Notes under the pieces: model-generated
The model's database searches: none
Seen by the model: the letters and a program-made list of their open reading frames with translations, nothing else
What the model was told of the DNA's origin: nothing
Shown: positions 18,471-29,046 of the stretch, in pieces
Layout of the letters: every line of letters begins with the position of its first letter
How positions within the stretch are numbered: the stretch's first letter is position 1
Assembly: GCA_963663275.1 (NCBI GenBank)
Contig: OY760183.1
Span: forward strand, 192,001 to 256,000
Length of the DNA stretch: 64,000 nucleotides
Reading direction: 5' to 3'
Source: Chloroflexota bacterium
GTDB taxonomy: Bacteria > Chloroflexota > UBA11872 > VXOZ01
Made by a program: the position numbers and the translations under genes

Positions 18471-20003
18471 TCACCGCACGAGCCCGCCTAACGCTTTGGC
18501 AATCTCGCCGCTGTTCACCACGGTCACGTCGCCGGCGCTGGCAAAATTCGTATCCACCTGCCACCACTGGAACGCCGCCCGCTGCGCGCGCAGGACTACC
18601 ACGTCGCCATAGTCGTGGACGCTCACGGGCAGGCCGTAACGCTCCAGCCAGCGCGGCGTATCCAGCACGAACGCGGCAATCGGCGGCGCGCGCTCCAGCA
18701 TGGCCACGCGGCGCGCCACGATTTCATCCCACGTCATGCCGTCCTCGGCGGCGGTGTCCGCGGGCGGCGGGATCAGGTGTTCGTTGGCCAGCGCCTCATC
18801 GAAGCCCCGCTCGCTGAGAATATCGAAGATTGCCAGGTACGTGAACGAGCGCGTGGACGGCTGCCATTGCAGCGCGCCCTTTTGGAAGAGTTGCGTGGCC
18901 TTGCCCTCATAGGTGATGGCGCGGGTGAGGGGATAGCCCAGCCCGTTCACGCCCCCCAGCCGCCGGAACGTGGTGAGGAACGGCGCCGCGCCGTACGCCT
19001 CCGACACGTCCACCACGTCGTAGCAGGGCAGCATGAGCGCGCTGCCGGCCAGCGTGGGGCTGAAAGAGTTCGCGGTCTGGCCGTAGCAGGCGATGTCCTC
19101 GGCCTCGTACTCGGTCAGCAGGCGCGGCGGGCCTTGGGTGAACCGCAGCCGGAGCGTGCGCGGCAGAAAGGCGGATTGGGTGGTGAACGACCACGCGCGG
19201 GCAAACGTGCCGATGCCGCCGCCCGCGGTTCCCACCACGCTGACCGTATGGGTCTGGCCCGCGCCCAGCGGCAGCACGGTAATGAAGTACGCCCAGCCGC
19301 CGTCGTCCACCCGGCGGTACGGCAAAAGTGTGCCGGACTGGTCGACGATACGTACTTCGTCAAGTGCCGGCGGCGCGTCCGCCCACGGCGAAAGGCCGAT
19401 GCTGATCGGACTGCCCACGAAGCCGGCCGCCTCCGGCAGCGGATTGGGACGCTCGCTCCTGGGCAGAAAGCTGTGGGGCACGTCCGTCTGGCCCGCGCCG
19501 GGATAGACGTGGAGGCGCTCCACCCGCGGCGCGTCGTCCCGGCAGCCGCCAAAGGCGAAGACGCTGCCGCCCGCGCTCTGGGCGAACCCCACCAGCGTGA
19601 GCGCCGGATGCAGCATGACCGTGCGATGGTAGACGCTGTTCACCAGGGCGTCCACGGCGGCGGCCGGGTCGCCCGCCATGCTGGTGGCCGATTCGCCGCT
19701 GCACCGGCCATCGAAACCGGCGGCCCGGATGCGGTCCGCCGGCGCCGCGCCGGTGAAGCCGGGCCGCGTCGGCTCCTGCCCGTGCCCGCTGAAGCCATGC
19801 AGCGCGTAGTACGCCGCGTGCCCCTCCGCCGCGCGCCGCAATGCGGCGTCCGCCCGCACCGGCGCTACCTGCGCGTGGGCGCGCAATTCATTCAGCCGCG
19901 CCACGGCCCGCTCCTGCGCCGTGCCGCCCGCCGCGTGCAGCGACACCTGCGGCGCAAGCACAACACCCGCCACCACCACCGCCAGCGCAATCACCCACCG
20001 CAC
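18471..20003 (-). CDS. Secreted CAP (SCP)-domain protein; start uncertain
   Basis: Signal-like VRWVIALAVVVAG, LNELRA...AAEGHAAY...SVYHR; C-terminal LGYPLT and YGLPVS repeats. Confidence 0.75.
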   Translation of the reverse strand: MRWVIALAVVVAGVVLAPQVSLHAAGGTAQERAVARLNELRAHAQVAPVRADAALRRAAEGHAAYYALHGFSGHGQEPTRPGFTGAAPADRIRAAGFDGRCSGESATSMAGDPAAAVDALVNSVYHRTVMLHPALTLVGFAQSAGGSVFAFGGCRDDAPRVERLHVYPGAGQTDVPHSFLPRSERPNPLPEAAGFVGSPISIGLSPWADAPPALDEVRIVDQSGTLLPYRRVDDGGWAYFITVLPLGAGQTHTVSVVGTAGGGIGTFARAWSFTTQSAFLPRTLRLRFTQGPPRLLTEYEAEDIACYGQTANSFSPTLAGSALMLPCYDVVDVSEAYGAAPFLTTFRRLGGVNGLGYPLTRAITYEGKATQLFQKGALQWQPSTRSFTYLAIFDILSERGFDEALANEHLIPPPADTAAEDGMTWDEIVARRVAMLERAPPIAAFVLDTPRWLERYGLPVSVHDYGDVVVLRAQRAAFQWWQVDTNFASAGDVTVVNSGEIAKALGGLVR

Positions 20004-20029
20004 ACCGAAGCCACCCAACCCAATCCCCC

Positions 20030-20170
20030 CAGCGGAACGCCCCATTACCCTGGAAGGAACCTGCCCCCTCTCCCTGTGAAGAGAACGCCCCATCACCCTG
20101 GGGAGAATCCGCCCCATCACCCTGGAGAAATTCTGCCCCCTCTCCCTGGGGAGAGGGCCGGGGTGAGGGG
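20030..20170. repeat. CCCCTCACCCCGGCCCTCTCCC-type palindrome with ~24-bp degenerate tandem copies
   Basis: Repeated cccc(a/t)tc(a/t)ccctgg units ending in GGGAGAGGGCCGGGGTGAGGGG; family also near 12040, 20361, 23250, 41036, 52862, 54747. Confidence 0.7.
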
Positions 20171-20422
20171 AATCCTGCGCTCCCAAGCCGAGCCCCGTGT
20201 GCTCATCAGCAGAGTGCACAAGTCTCCTCAACGCGGTTGCCATTCCACGCAATGACGCTCGTCTCCATTAGTCATCTGGAAAGCGTATCTCTCTCTATAT
20301 TACGCCTGATCCGCCTCCGGTTGCTCAGGCGCGCGCCAGACATCCCCTGGCAGCGATGCTCCCCTCACCCTAACCCTCTCCCCCAGGAGAGGGAACCTAA
20401 CCGTAGCGCGGGGGCTTGTCCC

Positions 20423-20584
20423 CAATGCTGTCGCATTAACGTAGCGCGGGGGCTTGTCCCCCGCCGGAACAAGAAAAGCGAGAACGGAATGGACTGACCC
20501 TACGGAAGACGCAGGTTACAAACCTGCGCTACCGGAGAAACGAGCGTAGTTTTCATTCTCATCGCGTTTAATGCGACAGCATTG
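20423..20584. mobile_element. MITE family C (IS4-like ends) inserted in a GTAG REP
   Basis: TIR CAATGCTGTCGCATTAA / TTAATGCGACAGCATTG; exact 11-bp TSD GGGCTTGTCCC; partial tandem copy to ~20735. Confidence 0.85.
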
Positions 20585-20755
20585 GGGCTTGTCCCCCGCC
20601 GGAACGAGAAAAGTGAGAACGGAATGGACTGACCCTACGGAAGACGCAGGTTACGCGCACCTCCCGTGCGAACCTGCGCTACCGGAGAAACGAGCGTAGT
20701 TTTCATTCTCATTGCGTTTATTGCGACAACACTAGGGCTTGCCCCGCGCGCCGGT

Positions 20756-22675
20756 TCAACTCTTACGGTCCGTAAGCCAGATCGGGCTTGCCCAGGCAAT
20801 CTGCCGATTGCCCTGCGACACACGAAGATAGTAGAAGACGAAGGAACGATCATGGGCAAACGTGGGTGCAAGGGCCAGCGCAGCCAGAGATTCGGCGTCC
20901 GTCCATTCACCCTCCCAGACGTCGTTGCCCGGATTTGCTGAAAACACCACTTCGTTATTCCGGAGCAACTCAACCGAGTCAATGCGATAGGTACCCGCCG
21001 CGCGCATGGCGAATCGTCTGGGTCCGTACTGAGCAAGGTCTACGTCCAGGTCGGTACCCATCGGCGCGTCGTTCATGGTGAAATCCAGCAGAATGCGATC
21101 GCCGGTAGTTGCGTAGCAGCGGCGCTCGTTGAGCGCCTGCCAAATGGCATCCCGTGTCAACTCGCGCGCCACGACGCAGGCGAGGCCGTTGCCGTCGTCC
21201 ACGAAGAAACTGCCCTGGTTTGCCAGGCCGTGATGGGAGTCCGTGCCGCCGATGAAACCAAGCCGGTGCCCCATGGCCAGCGCCCGCTGCACGCTGTACG
21301 GCCCGCCGGTCTCCGAGATGCCCCAGCTTGAGCAAATCTCCACCAAGCGCTGGTGCTCGTCGTTGCGGTAGTCCCAGTTGGTGACATTGCCGAATTTTGT
21401 GTGATGCGGGATGGTCAGAGCCTCGCGCCCTGCCAGGATCTTCCAAAGCTCATCCGGCGTCATGCCGCCGGGCCCGAATGAACGGATGAATTCGGCGCTG
21501 TCGCCGCGGTGGTAGATGTTCTTGTGGCCGTTGGGATTGCCCGTGCCCCACTCGTGGCTGACCAGCGTGACGAACCGGTGGGGATCATTGAAAGCGTTGG
21601 ACGTATCCACCACCTCCTGCCAGACGTCATCGACGATCTCGAAGCGCATCTTATAGTGATTGGCCGGCGCGCAGAAGTCCAGGCCCGCCACGTCGCGCCC
21701 CCACTGAAAGAACTCTTCGGTCGTGCCAGTTCCCTGGCTGTGCCACATCTGGCTGTGCATCTCGCCAAAGTAGACGCACCGGTCCGGCAGGAACCCCGCG
21801 CCGATAGGATTGCTCTTGCCGGCGATGCCGGTGGCAGGGTCTACCACCGTGACCCGGTGGATGCCTTCGCTGGTGGCCTTTGCTTGCATGGAGGCGCCGG
21901 TGGCGTTTGCCTTCTGGTCAAGGGCAACGCCTCCCGGTATGTCGAGCCCTTCAGTGACGATGGTATTGGCATAGCCCGCATAGCCGGTCGCCGCATTGTA
22001 GCTATAGCCGTCCACCGGCAGCACGCGAATGGAGCACTCCTCACCCGGCTGGACGACGGCAGGCGCGAACACCTTGAAGCGCTCGGCATGGGCGCCCACC
22101 ACGCGCACGGTTGGGTGCGTGGCGGCGCGCCGGTACGCGCCGTCGCCCGCGCGGTCCACGCCAACCGTAAAGATCGCCACCTGGGCATAGCGCTGGGCCT
22201 GCACCAGATTGCCGTCGGGCGGTCCCAGGACGATGCGGATTGCGTCTCCAGGCTCCAGCTCGCCCTCCTGCACGACCACGTCTACCAGGTCCATGTGCCG
22301 CCCCCATGAGGCCGCGTGGGCCAGCTTCACGTCGAGGCGCGAACACGCTACATCAGTGAATGCCCCATATCCCACCTTGCGAATTTGACCCTTGTCGCGG
22401 CTGCCGACGGTCTTCAGCCCGCGCGGATAGGGATTCCCCAGGTGGCACTCCCACGTGCTCGGCACTTCCATGGTGACGTGGGCTCCCTTTGGGAGCGTGA
22501 TGTCCGGCCCCAGCGTGAGCGTCGCAGTAAACGTGTGCCCACTGGCGGCTTGGACTTGATCCGGCGACATTTCACCGTGGATATCCGCCGGCCGCTCGAA
22601 CTGCCACGAGCGGTTGATGGGAAACCAATCGGAGGTATTGTCAAAGAGGCGCGGCTGCGAGAGTTCCTCTGACAT
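20756..22675 (-). CDS. DUF3604 / CehA-McbA-like PHP metallohydrolase
   Basis: YFGEMHSQ, GLDFCAPANH, GHKNIY, IPHH, GFIGGTDSH, RRCYATTG, WASPIW. Confidence 0.8.
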   Translation of the reverse strand: MSEELSQPRLFDNTSDWFPINRSWQFERPADIHGEMSPDQVQAASGHTFTATLTLGPDITLPKGAHVTMEVPSTWECHLGNPYPRGLKTVGSRDKGQIRKVGYGAFTDVACSRLDVKLAHAASWGRHMDLVDVVVQEGELEPGDAIRIVLGPPDGNLVQAQRYAQVAIFTVGVDRAGDGAYRRAATHPTVRVVGAHAERFKVFAPAVVQPGEECSIRVLPVDGYSYNAATGYAGYANTIVTEGLDIPGGVALDQKANATGASMQAKATSEGIHRVTVVDPATGIAGKSNPIGAGFLPDRCVYFGEMHSQMWHSQGTGTTEEFFQWGRDVAGLDFCAPANHYKMRFEIVDDVWQEVVDTSNAFNDPHRFVTLVSHEWGTGNPNGHKNIYHRGDSAEFIRSFGPGGMTPDELWKILAGREALTIPHHTKFGNVTNWDYRNDEHQRLVEICSSWGISETGGPYSVQRALAMGHRLGFIGGTDSHHGLANQGSFFVDDGNGLACVVARELTRDAIWQALNERRCYATTGDRILLDFTMNDAPMGTDLDVDLAQYGPRRFAMRAAGTYRIDSVELLRNNEVVFSANPGNDVWEGEWTDAESLAALALAPTFAHDRSFVFYYLRVSQGNRQIAWASPIWLTDRKS

Positions 22676-22767
22676 GAATGACCTTTCCTTCGTTCTTTGA
22701 ATATGGCGTGGGTCAGCGCAGAATGCCGGCGATCGCCCTCACCCAAACCCTCTCCCCCAGGATTGGG

Positions 22768-22956
22768 AATCTATCGTAGCGCGGGGGCTTGTCCCCCGCC
22801 TTCGGCGCGAAACACGGCGGGCGGGCGTGTTCACTCCCTCGACCCTGCGCCTTGCGTGGCAGGAAATCTATCGTAGCGCGGGGGCTTGTCCCCCGCCTCT
22901 GGCGCGAAACACGGCGGGCGGGCGTGTTCACTCCCTCGACCCTGCGCCTTGCGTGG
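22768..22956. repeat. 97-bp tandem duplication containing the REP GTAGCGCGGGGGCTTGTCCCCCGC
   Basis: Two near-identical units starting at 22768 and 22865. Confidence 0.88.
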
Positions 22957-23105
22957 GATAGAGTAGTATATATTCCCGGACGCCACAAGTGGTTGTCTTT
23001 TGACGAGGCCTTTGCATAACTCGAATCTGTAGGCAATAGACCCTTTCTCCCTGGGGAGACCTTTGCATAACCCTCTGTTAGGCGAGCAAGTCCCCTCTCC
23101 CTGAG

Positions 23106-23245
23106 GAGACCTTTGCATAACTCCGTCATTCCGGTGAAAACCGGAATCCAGAGCGGTGTTACACCTACAGATTGCATGATGTCAAGCCATTTCACCCCCC
23201 ATCCCAACCTTCCCCCCAATGGGGAAGGGGTTACGCAAAGGTCTC
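23106..23245. mobile_element. MITE family B (IS5/IS1106-like ends)
   Basis: GAGACCTTTGCATAA...TTACGCAAAGGTCTC with CTGAG on both sides; extra left ends at 23005 and 23056. Confidence 0.82.
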
Positions 23246-23348
23246 CTGAGGGAGAGGGTTAGGGTGAGGGGAAAGCGGTGCTGTTCCAGCCCAGTGCCAA
23301 CTGTTTGACAGAGTTAAGCATAGTTCTCCCTGACGAGGCCGATAAACA

Positions 23349-26300
23349 ATGGATGAAACTGAAGACACCGCCCAACTCAGCGACCTGGCCGCCGGCATCC
23401 TGCGGCGGCACGACAACCGCGAGCCCGAGGCCAACATCACCAGCGCCGTGCGCCGATTCCTCACCGACACCGGCCTGGTAAGCGAGGCAGACATCCAGGA
23501 GGAGAATCCGCCCACACAAGGTTCGCGCCAGGCCGTAGACCTGCGCGCGCTGGACACCTTCATCGAGTTCAAGCGCCGCGTCGGCCCCGGCGGCATCACG
23601 CCCAACCCCGATTACGTGCGCCAACTCGACGACTACCTGTCGCAGTCCGCGGCCGCGGGCAAGAGCGTGCGCCTGGGCATCCTGACCGACGGTAAGCACT
23701 GGCTGCTGCGCTGGCCCGGCGCCGGGGCGGTGCGCACCGCGCGCCCGTACGCCTTCATCCTCGAATCTCCTGAAAGCGGCGCCGCTCTTTACACCTGGCT
23801 GCGGGACGAGGCCTTGGCCGCCACCCAGCAGACCCAACCCGACCGGCAGAGCATCACGGCGCGTTTCGGGCCGGACAGCCTGCTGTACCAGCGCGACATC
23901 GACACCCTGCGGCAGCTTTACCAGTCTACCGCCGCCAGCGAGACCATCGCCGTCAAGCGCCGCCTCTGGCACAACCTGCTCATGGCGGCCCTGGGCGAGA
24001 TTGCCCGCGGCCGGCAGCAGATGGACGACCTCTTCGTCCGCCACACCTATCTCAGCATGACCATCGGCATGGTGGTGCAGGCCTCGTTTGGCATTGACAT
24101 TGCCGAAGTCGCGGCCAGCGATCCCGCCGCGCTGCTGCACGGCCGCCGCTTCCACAACGCCACCGGCCTGCACGGCATCGTGGAGTCGGACTTCTTTGCC
24201 TGGCCGGCCGAGGTGGAGGGCGGGCTGGCGCTGGTCAAGACCCTGGCGCGGCGCGTGGCGCGGTTCGATTGGACCCAGGCCCCGGCCGACGTGGGCGCGA
24301 TTCTCTACGAAACCGTCATTCCGCCCGACGAGCGCCGCCAACTGGGCGAATACTACACGCCGGACTGGCTGGCGCGGGTGATGGTGCGCGAGTTGGTCGC
24401 CGAACCGCTTGACCAACGGGTGCTGGATCCGGCCTGCGGTTCCGGCACCTTCATCGTGGAAGCCGTGGCGCATTTTTTGGAAGCGGCACGCGCGGCAAAC
24501 CTCGCGCCTGACATAGTTATGGAAAAACTACGGCTGGCGGTGACCGGCATCGACGTGCATCCGGTGGCGGTGCACCTGGCCCGCGCCGCGTGGACGCTGG
24601 CGGCGCGCCCGGCCATCATGGCCGCCGCCCGCGCCGGCTACAGCAATCCCATCTCCGTGCCGGTCTACCTGGGCGACGCGCTGCAACTGCGCTTCCACAC
24701 CGGCGACATGATTGCTGCCAATGAGGTGCGCATCGAGGTTGAAGACGAACAGAACACGACCCTGATCTTCCCGACCTCTCTGGTGGCCCGCGCCGACACC
24801 TTCGACCCGCTGCTGAGCGACGTGGCCGACGCCACCGAACGCGGCGCCGACCCCCGCGTGGCCCTGGACGACCACGCCGTCACCGACCCCTACGAGCGCG
24901 AAACCCTGCGACACACCATCGCCGCAATGCAACGCCTCCACGCCGCCGGCCGCGACCACATCTGGGCCTACTACACCCGCAACCTCGTCCGCCCCGTCGT
25001 CCTCAGCCGCGAAAAAGTGCACGTAATCATCGGCAACCCACCGTGGCTGAACTACAACCAAACTGTGAGCACCCTGCGCACCGCATTGGAAGACCTGAGC
25101 AAGGACCGCTACGGCATCTGGACCGGCGGCCGCTACGCCACCCACCAGGACGTGGCCGGCCTCTTCTTCACCCGCTGCGTTGACCTCTACCTACGAGACG
25201 GCGGCGTGATCGGCATGGTGTTGCCCCACAGCGCGCTGCAAACGGGACAGTACACCAAGTGGCGCACCGGCCTCTGGCGCTCCAAACCACAGGGCCGGGG
25301 CCGCAACCGCACGCCTACGCTCACCTTGTCGGTGGAGTTCGACTACAAGCGGGCCTGGGACTTGGAACGGCTGGAACCCAATACCTTCTTCCCGATACCT
25401 GCCTGTGTTGTCTTTGCGCAGAGCACCGGCGATAGCGGAGTGGCGAACGCCCTAAAGGGAACCGTCGAGCGGTGGCGCGGCAAGACCGGGGCAGACGACA
25501 ACCACAGGGAGCCTATGCCCATCACCGACACATCAGATATTGGCGATTCTCATTACGCCAAGCACGCAAAACAAGGAGCGGTGATTGTACCTCGCTGCCT
25601 GTTCTTCGTGCACGAGGGCGAAAACCCGGCCATCATCCAGGCCGGCCAAACGGTCATTGTTAACCCACGACGAGGAACTTATGACAAGGAGCCGTGGCGC
25701 GGCCTTGACCTTTCACTAATCGCTGGTCAGGCCATTGAGCGTCAGCATGTCTTTGACGTGCACTTGGGAGAGACTGTTGTACCCTACGCTACGCTTGACG
25801 CTCTCAAGGCGGCGCTACCGCTAAAACGGGATGACACCACTCCGCCTGCCGACCCGAACGGAGTGGGCGGTATCCGCCTCGGTGGACTGGATAGACGGAT
25901 GCGCGAACGCTGGCAGACCGCTAGTTCTTTGTGGGAAGAGAACAAAGCGGCAGCCAACGAACTGGACTTGCTGGGTCAGTTAGACTATTACGGCAAACTG
26001 TCTGCACAACTCGAATGGCGGCAGAATCTCTCTACCAGACCCGTTCGCGTAGTCTATAATTCCTCGGGCACGCCGACAGCGGCATTGCTCTGCGACGATG
26101 ACGCTTTGGTTGATTACACGCTGTTTTGGATTGCCTGTAACAATGTCCAAGAAGCCTACTACCTGCTAGCAATCATCAACAGCGATGCCCTGTACGAGGC
26201 CGTAACCCCGTTGATGGCTAAAGGCCAGTTCGGCGCACGCCATCTACAGAAGCACCTCTGGAAACTCCCCATCCTCGCATTCGACCCATCCGTCCCCCTC

Positions 26301-26486
26301 CACGCCGCCATAGCCGACGCCGGCCAAACTGCCGCCACCGCCGCCGCCCACCAACTCGAGCAACTCCGCGCTACCCGCCCCCGACTCACCGTAACCATAG
26401 CCCGTCGCGAACTCCGCAAATGGCTCCGCGCGTCTACCGAAGGCCAAGCCGTTGAGGAAGTGGTCAAGAAGCTATTGAACGGCTAG
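23349..26486 (+). CDS. Type IIG-like fused restriction endonuclease / N6-adenine methyltransferase
   Basis: N-terminal VD...IEFKR and GILTDG; LGEYYTPDW, VLDPACGSGTF, IIGNPPW; C-terminal TRD-like region (YLLAIINS). Confidence 0.9.
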   Translation: MDETEDTAQLSDLAAGILRRHDNREPEANITSAVRRFLTDTGLVSEADIQEENPPTQGSRQAVDLRALDTFIEFKRRVGPGGITPNPDYVRQLDDYLSQSAAAGKSVRLGILTDGKHWLLRWPGAGAVRTARPYAFILESPESGAALYTWLRDEALAATQQTQPDRQSITARFGPDSLLYQRDIDTLRQLYQSTAASETIAVKRRLWHNLLMAALGEIARGRQQMDDLFVRHTYLSMTIGMVVQASFGIDIAEVAASDPAALLHGRRFHNATGLHGIVESDFFAWPAEVEGGLALVKTLARRVARFDWTQAPADVGAILYETVIPPDERRQLGEYYTPDWLARVMVRELVAEPLDQRVLDPACGSGTFIVEAVAHFLEAARAANLAPDIVMEKLRLAVTGIDVHPVAVHLARAAWTLAARPAIMAAARAGYSNPISVPVYLGDALQLRFHTGDMIAANEVRIEVEDEQNTTLIFPTSLVARADTFDPLLSDVADATERGADPRVALDDHAVTDPYERETLRHTIAAMQRLHAAGRDHIWAYYTRNLVRPVVLSREKVHVIIGNPPWLNYNQTVSTLRTALEDLSKDRYGIWTGGRYATHQDVAGLFFTRCVDLYLRDGGVIGMVLPHSALQTGQYTKWRTGLWRSKPQGRGRNRTPTLTLSVEFDYKRAWDLERLEPNTFFPIPACVVFAQSTGDSGVANALKGTVERWRGKTGADDNHREPMPITDTSDIGDSHYAKHAKQGAVIVPRCLFFVHEGENPAIIQAGQTVIVNPRRGTYDKEPWRGLDLSLIAGQAIERQHVFDVHLGETVVPYATLDALKAALPLKRDDTTPPADPNGVGGIRLGGLDRRMRERWQTASSLWEENKAAANELDLLGQLDYYGKLSAQLEWRQNLSTRPVRVVYNSSGTPTAALLCDDDALVDYTLFWIACNNVQEAYYLLAIINSDALYEAVTPLMAKGQFGARHLQKHLWKLPILAFDPSVPLHAAIADAGQTAATAAAHQLEQLRATRPRLTVTIARRELRKWLRASTEGQAVEEVVKKLLNG

Positions 26487-26606
26487 CGTAAGCCATTGCC
26501 ACTTGCAACCCCCAATGCGAGCCTGACGGCAGACCAGTGACAAGACCCGCATCTTGTTGGTACATTGCCAGATAATCTGACGGAATTGCTCGAAGGGCGG
26601 CGAGTG

Positions 26607-27041
26607 ATGAATCTTCCATACCCAGAGCCAACGAGCGCCACTGCGACCAAGAAGATGCGCTCCAACCGTCGGGTCGATACGAAACCCGAAGTTGCGCTCA
26701 GGTCATTGCTGCACCGGCGAGGGCTGCGCTTCAGGAAAGATTACCCCATTCGCCTACCGAACGGTCGGACAGTACACCCGGACATCGTCTTCACCAGGAA
26801 GAAACTCGCCATATTCGTGGACGGCTGCTTCTGGCACTCATGCCCCGAACACGGCACGACGCCAAAGACCAACCAGGACTACTGGACTCCCAAGCTGCGG
26901 CAGAATGTCGAGAGGGACAAGAAAACAGACGACGGCTTGCGGACTAATGGATGGCAGGTCGTACGTATATGGGAACACACAGGTTCAGAAGATGCCATAG
27001 CCACGATCCAAGGGGCTCTGGCACAATCTTGCGTCACTTAA
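26607..27041 (+). CDS. vsr: Very short patch repair endonuclease
   Basis: MRSNRRVDTKPE, PDIVF, IFVDGCFWHSCPEH, VVRIWEH. Confidence 0.93.
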   Translation: MNLPYPEPTSATATKKMRSNRRVDTKPEVALRSLLHRRGLRFRKDYPIRLPNGRTVHPDIVFTRKKLAIFVDGCFWHSCPEHGTTPKTNQDYWTPKLRQNVERDKKTDDGLRTNGWQVVRIWEHTGSEDAIATIQGALAQSCVT

Positions 27042-29046
27042 AGTTTGGATTCATGGCTTTGATGTCTTCTATTGAAATGCTGTTAATTAGGCGGAATACT
27101 CTTCCTGCTTCTGTCTCTCGATCTAGGTAGTCCTCATACGCTTGTAGCGCATTATGGATCAATTCCTCATACCTAATCACTCGAGCCCTTGCTCCTTCAA
27201 GCGTTCTAGCTGACACTTCCCTTCCGCCGGGACTCGACCAATCTGACAATGGCTTGCCGATCAAGCAAATGAATTCTAGGGGTTCGTTAGACCTGCCATG
27301 AGACTCTAATACTTTGGAAACTCCAGTTCGGTACTTGAGGATCTGTTGCACCAATCCACCAGTTTCAAGCGGGCGACTTGCACGCTTCAGTTCGATTATC
27401 ACGTGTTTGTTTCCTGTTGTCGTATAACGAATGTCCAGTCTTGCGAGTCTTTGCTCTTCGGTAAGCGACTGGTAAACCTCGTCGAGCTTCCTAGCGATCT
27501 GGGTTTCCATTCGCGTAGTGTGAGTCGCACGTTCCCAGGATGGGTCCAGCAGCCATAGGTGTTTGTACAGGTGATCCTGAATCACTCTTTCCTTGGCGTC
27601 ATCGTCAATCAGGTCTGTCAGCTTATCTATAACTTCCAGCCGATCTTTGCTGATTTGGTAGTATGCGCTCGCCTCCAAATCATCAAGTTGACTGAAGACG
27701 TCACCGAGTGAACCTAAGTTTTCCGCCGATAGTTGCTCTATGCGATGTAAGAGATGCCGGAACTTCAAACTTTCAAATGCCAGTATTCCGCTGACGAACA
27801 GTTGTCGTTTTTGGCTAACGTCGTCAATTGGCAGTTGGTTGAATTTGCCGAACAATTGCTCTGCTGACCTCTTGTGATCAGGGCTGAGGCTTTCGTACCA
27901 TTCCTTGATTTGAGGAATTGTAACGGCAACTTTCCGTCCCTGATTGTTTCTCAGAACAGTCCAATCGCTTTGTATGGCTTTCAACTCGGACTGGAGTTTC
28001 GATCTCAGAGCCTGGTACCTCGGATCTTCCTCTATGATCCGCTGTCTGCTGGTGGTAGCGATGTCATCTGCATGATCTAGATCGAGGAAGTCAGCGTGGA
28101 TTTCCCCAATGATGTACTTGCTGTAAATTCCGCCTTCGCCAAACTCCTCCAGGATGTCTTCCTGGGCTAACTTCCCTCGTACCATTACTACAATCTTGTT
28201 TATGCTCTCGCCGGTGTCCGAATCTTTCAGTTGACCAGCTTCTTTGACCGTTCCAATCCAGCCGTCGATCGCAAACTTGGCTTCGCCTACTTCGACTTCC
28301 CCTGCGCGTGGCTTTTGGTGCTCCAAATTACTTGCAAGGGTACGAGCCTCTTCTCCACGTGCGCCGAATGTCCACATGTACTGAAGCTTGTCGTAGTAAT
28401 CACGATCCTCAATAGTAATCGGAGCACTGTCCAATTCGATTTCAAAGTGATGCTTAGCTCCTATGATGCTGAATCTGCGAGCGAGCCTGCGTCTCAAAGC
28501 TGAACTGGACCGATGAAGCTGGCGCTTCATATCGGTAAGGAATATCTTGGTACCTTTCGCAATCTCGACTCTCGCAGGATCGACAGGGTCAGGCGAGTAT
28601 TCATTGTCTTCGCTATCCGTAATAGCTTTCTCAATGTCGTCGAGGTTCATTCTGAAACCATGTCGCTTGCCCTGCTTCACACTGTGGACTTCGACGGTCC
28701 TTGCGATAGAGAATAGGGACAGCTTGCCAATCCCCTTTCGTCCCATCACTGGCCTTTGAAACCTTGGCGACCTGGCCCCGTCTTTCTGTTTGCGACGCTC
28801 GTAACCGACCGTCAGGTACCTGTCGTTCGCGTCGTCCACGCTCATGCCGTGTCCGTCGTCCTGGATCACGATCCTGTCGCCCCGAGGGTCGATCTCAATG
28901 ATCACGTGCTCGGCATCAGCATCCCACGCGTTGGCAACTACCTCTGAAAGGACTGCGGGCACGTTGCTGTAGAGCCCTAACCCCAAGTGCTTCAGCACAT
29001 TCAGATCCAGCGTCATCCTATATTTGTGTTCGCTGTCGTCAGTCAT
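27034..29046 (-). CDS. GHKL (MORC-like) ATPase with C-terminal PD-(D/E)xK nuclease-like domain
   Basis: EVVANAWDADA, IQDDGHGM, GRKGIGKLS; RLDIRY...VIIELKR. Confidence 0.85.
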   Translation of the reverse strand: MTDDSEHKYRMTLDLNVLKHLGLGLYSNVPAVLSEVVANAWDADAEHVIIEIDPRGDRIVIQDDGHGMSVDDANDRYLTVGYERRKQKDGARSPRFQRPVMGRKGIGKLSLFSIARTVEVHSVKQGKRHGFRMNLDDIEKAITDSEDNEYSPDPVDPARVEIAKGTKIFLTDMKRQLHRSSSALRRRLARRFSIIGAKHHFEIELDSAPITIEDRDYYDKLQYMWTFGARGEEARTLASNLEHQKPRAGEVEVGEAKFAIDGWIGTVKEAGQLKDSDTGESINKIVVMVRGKLAQEDILEEFGEGGIYSKYIIGEIHADFLDLDHADDIATTSRQRIIEEDPRYQALRSKLQSELKAIQSDWTVLRNNQGRKVAVTIPQIKEWYESLSPDHKRSAEQLFGKFNQLPIDDVSQKRQLFVSGILAFESLKFRHLLHRIEQLSAENLGSLGDVFSQLDDLEASAYYQISKDRLEVIDKLTDLIDDDAKERVIQDHLYKHLWLLDPSWERATHTTRMETQIARKLDEVYQSLTEEQRLARLDIRYTTTGNKHVIIELKRASRPLETGGLVQQILKYRTGVSKVLESHGRSNEPLEFICLIGKPLSDWSSPGGREVSARTLEGARARVIRYEELIHNALQAYEDYLDRETEAGRVFRLINSISIEDIKAMNPNFK

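Noticed and set aside
20004-20252. Long N-terminal extension of the CAP protein
   Set aside because: Read-through of palindromic repeat DNA (SPHPGPLPRERG); the signal-like segment begins near 20003.
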